A model generated the notes under the pieces. That model worked only from the letters and a program-made list of their open reading frames with translations, had not been told where the DNA came from and searched no databases. From Macrostomum lignano (lineage: Eukaryota): a stretch of DNA of 64,000 nucleotides. The translations under genes were made by a program, and so were the position numbers. Shown one piece after another: positions 58,301 through 64,000 of this stretch. The stretch spans positions 124,001-188,000 of the forward strand of contig NIVC01000173.1 in the NCBI GenBank assembly GCA_002269645.1, written 5' to 3'. The stretch's first letter is position 1; each line of letters starts with the position of its first letter.

Positions 58301-61300
58301 ACTTAAAGAACAGTCGATAAGTTGTGCAATATGTGCAAAATACACAACGAATCCTTCTAGATTCTATAGTAAAGAAAATAATGCTAAAAAACAATATTTT
58401 TAATCAAGGGTGGGACACTACAGTAAATACTTCAGAACCCGAACCAGTAAAAAACCTTAATGCATTTATAAATGTCAATAGATATAGTACGCCAGTTACC
58501 TATACATAATAAATGAAAGATATGCTACTATTAGTAATTAAAATGTGAGTAAGCACTTTACCAGGTAAGATTTAATAATTATAAAATAAACAGTTGATCA
58601 CCATTTTTCTGTGCTAAACTTTGTACAGTGCTTTAAAAACTCATCCAAAAATTTAGCGTCTATAACGCTGGGAGTGACTAATTTGTTACGTAACATTTAT
58701 AAATATATTTTCGCTCTAATTACAATACGTAAAAAAGGCGCAAGAACTTTCCGGATGACCAGATAAGTTGAAAAAATACCTATTCGTCAAACTGGGCATG
58801 CAATTTTATACAACGTGCAATTTTGATTAAAAAACTAGAAATTAGTAAATTATTATTGATAGAAAAACAGATTCTTTACTGCCAATGTTGCTCTCAACTT
58901 ACCCGGCAGAGAACTTTTTACCGCGTAGCGCACTGCGTATTAATATTAATGATACGGAATTAAGTGACATTTTTTGTATGACAAAATGATAATCCAACCA
59001 AGGTAATAAAAAATATACTAGATATTCTTAATTTTAATCAAATATTAGCCATAGTAGTATAAATAATTTTAATTATTCAACTTTGTTATACATGGCAATA
59101 ATTGCCAAAGCAAGTGCAGGTTTCGTTACAATTGTAAATACAGTTTCCCAATACAAGCAATGTGCTTATTGGGGTCTGAGGATCTGAGGATCTGGGAGTC
59201 TGGGGTCTGAGGATCTGAGGATCTGGAGTGTGAGGATCTGGGGTGGGGTCTGAGGATCTGGAGAGTGAGGGTCTGAGGATCTGGAGAGTGAGGGTCTGAG
59301 GATCTGGAGAGTGAGGGTCTGAGGATCTGGAGAGTGAGGGTCTGAGGATCTGGAGAGTGAGGGTCTGAGGATCTGGAGAGTGAGGGTCTGAGGATCTGGA
59401 GAGTGAGGGTCTGAGGATCTGGAGAGTGAGGGTCTGAGGATCTGGAGAGTGAGGGTCTGAGGATCTGGAGAGTAAGGGTCTGAGGATCTGGAGAGTAAGG
59501 GTCTGAGGATCTGGAGAGTGAGGGTCTGAGGATCTGGAGAGTGAGGGTCTGAGGATCTGGAGAGTGAGGGTCTGATGATCTGGAGAGTGAGGGTCTGAGG
59601 ATCTGGAGAGTGAGGGTCTGAGGATCTGGAGAGTGAGGGTCTGAGGATCTGGAGAGTGAGGGTCTGAGGATCTGGAGTCTGAGTATCCGGTTTCTGAGGA
59701 TCAGAGGATTTGGTGGATGAAAAACGGATTCGAAAGGGTAATTAATAAATTAATTAAATCAAAGAAATGAAACAAGAAATCAACGAATCAAAAATAATTT
59801 CACGTTCAACAATCAAACAAACAGCCATAAAAGCCATTGATTGATCACTTCACAGACTCCACTATCAGTTTAGCAATAACAAATCAAACAAAACTGATTG
59901 ACTTCTCACCCGGCAGGCAGCTGATAAACGTAAGCTTCGCCATCAGTAGTGCCGACCAGTACCCGATTGATGGCTAGAAAATCTCCCGACTGCCAGCGAG
60001 TGCCCTTGGGCGCCTCCTGCGACACCAGCAGGCACATGTCTACGGCGTCATAAATCTGCCAGAACTTTGGCGTCACCAGCAGCAACGTGCGAGGATTGTC
60101 TGGGTGACAGGCCATCGCCTGGGTGCTCATGCACCGAACGGTTTTCGATTCGTCCTCGAGTTTGACGCCTCCCTGGCGTTATTGTTATGATTCATTGCAC
60201 CGAGTTGGAGGTAACTTCATCAGTTGAAATTTAAATGCCAAGTTCCAAGGCCTGGTCTTCTTCCGCTCTCTCCTTCAACTGATCTTCCGCTTTCTCCCTC
60301 AACTGATCTTCTTCCGCTCTCTCCGTCAACTGATCTTCCGCTCTCTCCCTCAACTGATCTTCTTCCGCTCTCTCCCTCAACTGGTCTTCTTCCGCTCTCT
60401 CCCTCAACTGGTCTTCTTCCGCTCTCTCCTTCAACTGATCTTCCGCTCTCTCCCTCACCTGGTCTTCTTCCGCTCTCTCCCTCCCCTTCAATTGATCTTC
60501 CGCTCTCTCCCTCACCTTGTCTTCTTCCGCTCTCTCCCTCACCTGGTCTTCTTCCGCTCTCTCCCTCACCTGGTCTTCTTCCGCTCTCTCCCTCACTCTG
60601 GTCTTCTTCCGCTCTCTCCCTCAACTGGTCTTCTTCCGCTCTCTCCCTCAACTGATCTTCCGCTCTCTCCCTCAACTGATCTTCTTCCGCTCTCTCCCTC
60701 AAATGGTCTTCTTCCGTTCTCTCCCTCCCGTTCAATTCATCTTCCGCTCTCTCCCTCACCTTGTCTTCTTCCGCTCTCTCCCTCACCTGGTCTTCTTCCG
60801 CTCTCTCCTTCAATTGATCTTCCGCTCTCTCCCTCAACTGATCTTCTTCCGCTCTCTCCCTCAACTGGTCTTCTTCCGCACTCTCCTTCAACTGGTCTTC
60901 TTCCGCACTCTCCTTCAACTGGTCTTCTTCCGCTCTCTCCTTCAACTGATCTTCCGCTCTCTCCCTCAACTGGTCTCTTTCCGCTCTCTCCTTCAACTGG
61001 TCTTCTTCCGCTCTCTCCTTCAACTGGTCTTCTTCCGCTCTCTCCCTCAACTGGGCTTCTTCCGCTCTCCTTCAATTGATCTTCCGCTCTCTCCCTCAAC
61101 TGATCTTCTTCCGCTCTCTCCCTCAACTGGTCTTCTTCCGCTCTCTCCCTTAACTGGTCTTAGATCCTCTCCTTACTACATCAGAACATTAAAATACATT
61201 CTCGTTTAGCACTGAGTACTGTCAGAATTATGTAAGAGATAATTATATTTCCACTATATAGTTATGTACCTTCTTTTCATCGCCAGTAATAGTCCACATG

Positions 61301-63113
61301 AAAACCGTACCACAGCTGGATATGCCTAATAGTACGTCCTCTGAAAATTGATTTGAACAATTAGCTAAATTAATAAATATCGAATGGGGTTGTGGATGTA
61401 TTGTACATTGGTCTCGGGGTTGGGGTTGTGGATGTACATTGGTCTCGGGGTTGGGGTTGTGGATGTACATTGGTCTCGGGGTTGGGGTTCTGGATGTACA
61501 TTGGTCTCGGGTTGGGGTGGATGTACATTGGTCTCGGGTTCATGTTTTGGATGTAAATTGGTCTCAGGCTAAAGGTGTGGATGTACATTGGTCTCGGGTT
61601 GGGTTAGTGGGTGTACATTGGTCCTGAGTTGGGGTAGTGGATGTACATTGGCCCGGGTTGGGGTTGTGGATGTACATTGGTCTCGGGTTGAAGTTGTGAT
61701 TTACATTTGTCTCGGATTGGTGTCTTAAGTGTACATTGGTCTCGGATTGGTGTTTTGGGGTGTACATTGGTCTTGGGTTGAAGGTGTGGATGTACATTGG
61801 AAGGTGTGGACTCAATAAGCACACAAAGGCGCACGAACCATTGCAGCCTTGGTGGCTGAACACGCTAAAAGCGGACATCCATTGCGGCTTCCTACGTGAA
61901 GACAAAGTGAACAATGAATCCAATGTGGCCGGATTTAGTACTAGAATGTCCGGATAGCGACCGCAGCACAGCAGCATGGGTGTACTTGACGAAGTTGATT
62001 GATAGTACTTGATCGCAGTGTGAACGAACTGCGAGTGTCTGGTCAGCTTGCACGTGGCTGCGTTCATATTCCACAGCATCATTTTGCTGTTGGCGGTTGG
62101 AAATTACTGCTGCTTTGATTAAGTGCTTCAGTCATGTTTGCTGCTCTTCCCTTCACATGGCTGTCATCAACTGACTCTCACCTGGTCCTCGTTCTCCCCT
62201 CACCTGGTCTTCCACTCTCTCCCTCTTCTGGTCTTCCGCTCTCTCCCTCCTCTGGTCTTCCGCTCTCTCCCTCCTCTGGTCTTCCGCTCTCTCCCTCTTC
62301 TGGTCTTCCGCTCTCTCCCTCTTCTGGTCTTCCGCTCTCTCTCTTCTGGTCTTCCGCTCTCTCCCTCATCTGGTATTCCGCTCTCTCCCTCACCTGGTCT
62401 TCCAATCTCTCCCTCTTCTGGTCTTCCGCTCTTTCCTTCACCTGGTCTTCCGCTCTCTCCCTCACCTGGTCTTCCGCTCTCTCCCTCGCCTGGTATTCCG
62501 CTCTCTCCCTCGCCTGGTATTCCGCTCTCTCCCTCACCTGGTATTCTGCTCTCTCCCTCACCTGGTTTTCCGCTCTCTCTCCTCACCTAGTCTTCTACTC
62601 TCTCTCACCTGGTCTTTCGCTCTCCCTGACGTGGTCTTCTACTCTCTCCCTTACTTTGTCTTTGTCTAACATTCTCCATTCCTCTGTACCAATTCTACTC
62701 ACCCGCTAGCATCGGAACTAACAAAATGCCCATCCAAATCTGGTGTGGAGTCTGGCAGCGTTACAAACACTTCGCACAGAACATCAACGCTGGTGTTGTG
62801 CGAGAAGTACACAAATTCAGGCTTCAGCTGTTGGTTTGGGAGAGATAACAAGAATAATTAAATTTACAAACCTGATCATTATTACTAATAAGAAGATAAA
62901 TTTGAATATTGCTCAATATTTTATACAAATACCAACCTTCCATTGTTCCTGAACATCCCAGACAATAATATGTCCCTCTCTGCTACCAGTTACAATACTG
63001 CTATGCTCTGGCATGAGTATTATAGATGTGATGCAATGACTAGGTGGCTCTTTGCTCCATAGTGTCACTGGCACTATACACTTGAAGGTATCAGAGTTTG
63101 TAGAAGAAAGCAT
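49392..63113 (-). CDS. WDR7: WD repeat-containing protein 7 / Rabconnectin-3 beta, ~1296 aa
   Basis: Exons (minus): 63113-62937, 62827-62703, 62086-61839, 61340-61270, 60172-59910, 57384-56911, 56217-55526, 54710-53710, 51236-50903, 50610-50375, 49661-49392. GT-AG, phases consistent, 3891 nt. VPVTLWSKEPPSHCITSI, CCGRYPDILVL, LEDESK, SVAADHSVSLLNL...ASRHLYPV...WRPLEDLL and AFSPDGRHVA all resemble WDR7. Confidence 0.88.
49900..50198 (-). mobile_element. tRNA-derived SINE with CORE-like central domain
   Basis: Minus strand: A box (tagcctaaggg), B box (ggttcgattccc), then tgtgtccttgagcaaggcacctaac...ctgtaaaatggg, resembling the CORE domain of MIR-type SINEs. Confidence 0.72.
50695..50886. repeat. 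Degenerate ~25-bp tandem repeat (ggtgtctaaatttaggataattt)
   Basis: About 7 copies next to the WDR7 exon 9 donor. Confidence 0.8.
51245..53692. repeat. 2.4-kb 10/20-bp minisatellite (gggttcattggggttcaata) filling WDR7 intron 8
   Basis: Continuous array with recurring variant blocks. Confidence 0.93.
54755..55518. repeat. 21-bp minisatellite (ctagcacccacctcactccgc) in WDR7 intron 7
   Basis: About 36 units. Confidence 0.92.
56325..56880. repeat. 21-bp minisatellite variants (ggcagccacctcactccatcc / ggcaccaacctcactccgccc) in WDR7 intron 6
   Basis: Tandem array related to 54755-55518. Confidence 0.88.
57535..58272. repeat. 21-bp minisatellite (ctagcacccaccccactccgc) in WDR7 intron 5
   Basis: Tandem array related to 54755-55518. 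Confidence 0.88.
59170..59700. repeat. 23-bp minisatellite (gtgagggtctgaggatctggaga)
   Basis: About 20 near-perfect units. Confidence 0.92.
60250..61162. repeat. 24/27-bp minisatellite (ctggtcttcttccgctctctccctcaa) in WDR7 intron 4
   Basis: About 35 units. It explains the ERAEEDQ-type ORFs. Confidence 0.92.
61383..61805. repeat. ~30-bp minisatellite (gtacattggtctcggggttggggttgtggat) in WDR7 intron 3
   Basis: About 14 diverged units. Confidence 0.85.
62175..62650. repeat. 24-bp minisatellite (ctggtcttccgctctctccctcac) in WDR7 intron 2
   Basis: About 19 units, same family as 60250-61162. Confidence 0.9.
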
Positions 63114-63699
63114 ATTCAATCTTAGATATTTATTTTTTGCAAGTCTGAAATAATAAAATGGTTAAGTTTCTGATATAAGAAAATATGTAAATCTCCATTT
63201 TATAATGTAAGGAAAGATACAAGGTGCATGCAAGGGGTATTAGGACATTAAATGTAGGAGGGGTGCATTGAGGATAAAGGTATATATAAGGAAGTTTTAG
63301 CATAGGTCTAACTAATTTTAGCTATTGAATTTGAATATTAGATACTATCATTACATTATGCTTAATAGCTTAGAATTAACTATTATATACAAATAAGTTA
63401 TTAAATAATTACAAAATGGATAAAATAAATTGACAATAATTAATCTTAAATAAATCTATATCTAAACAAACCTATTCAATCTAAACCCATTCAATAATTA
63501 ATCCTCAAATAGTCAATACCTACAGCTAAGATACTTGTCAACTAAAAATCATAGCCTAGTAGCAATTGCCTTGCTTTGATTTGTTAATCTTTAATATATA
63601 GGCTAGTAAATAGAAGCCTATGATTGCAGAGATACAAAACAGAAGCTGTTAGCAAAAAGTAAAGATATTTAATGGTATAGTAATGTATAAGCTTTATAT

Positions 63700-64000
63700 G
63701 GGATAATAACAACAACAGACAACAGAGTACGCTGCCAGTTCACAAAAGCAGCGTCAGATGGCGCGCTTCAAAGCTTGGGCGCGAACAAAAGCCGCACCGC
63801 CGGCAGAGTCCAGGGTGCCAGCGTCAGCCAGCAGACAGTCGACGTAGCGCCGAGTCTTCGCCTGTCCCCGCCGGTAGGGTGCCTGCAACGTAAGTAGCAG
63901 CACCTCCTGCACCGGCTCCGGACAGTAGGCCTCGGCGCGGATGACGTGGCCTGCCAGCTGGAGTCGCCGACGGCGCAGCAGATTGCTAGGACGGGCCAGG
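63700..64000 (-). mobile_element. 3' end of a non-LTR retrotransposon ORF2 (RTE-like C-terminus), truncated by the window edge
   Basis: Minus frame 63999-63754 reads LARPSNLLRRRRLQLAGHVIRAE...RRGQAKTRRYVDCLLAD, resembling the RRL..GH..R / R.RGRP...Y.D.L C-terminal motif of RTE-type LINEs. A short (tgt)n-like tail follows. Confidence 0.7.

Noticed and set aside
58884-58902. acttacccggcag resembling the U1 snRNA 5' end
   Set aside because: Similarity stops after ~13 nt. ACTTACC is simply the complement of a donor consensus, and there are no U1 stems or Sm site.

Overview
This is eukaryotic (animal) genomic DNA. Gene content, GC-rich low-complexity coding sequence and minisatellite-filled introns resemble the flatworm Macrostomum, which is an inference and not a database match. 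All host genes I could reconstruct lie on the minus strand, head to tail: WDR7/Rabconnectin-3beta (11 exons, 63113-49392), an orphan multi-pass membrane exon (~40.5-40.8 kb), a four-EF-hand calmodulin-like gene with an in-frame TAA and a GC-AG intron (38923-36017), a myo-inositol transporter of the SLC2A13/HMIT type (5 exons, 34347-25042) and spen/split ends (9 exons, 4 RRMs plus SPOC, 23905-5296, ~3166 aa). Splice phases chain consistently for all four multi-exon models. Most introns carry a tandem array with an 11-41 bp unit. Mobile DNA includes an intact D,D34D mariner, a LINE split by a 2-bp-TSD DNA transposon that itself holds a SINE, a CORE-like tRNA SINE, several MITEs and a LINE 3' end at the right edge. 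The most unusual observation is a 297-bp TIR element with an 8-bp TSD in a spen intron. It carries a ~64-nt piece of 28S rRNA (H69 region) whose mismatches cluster on the R2/I-PpoI cut site, and it shares its terminal motif with two palindromic MITEs bearing a GTCACGTGAC E-box and CCAAT boxes. A 51-bp all-TIR micro-element was also found. All alignments were done by eye; no searches were run.
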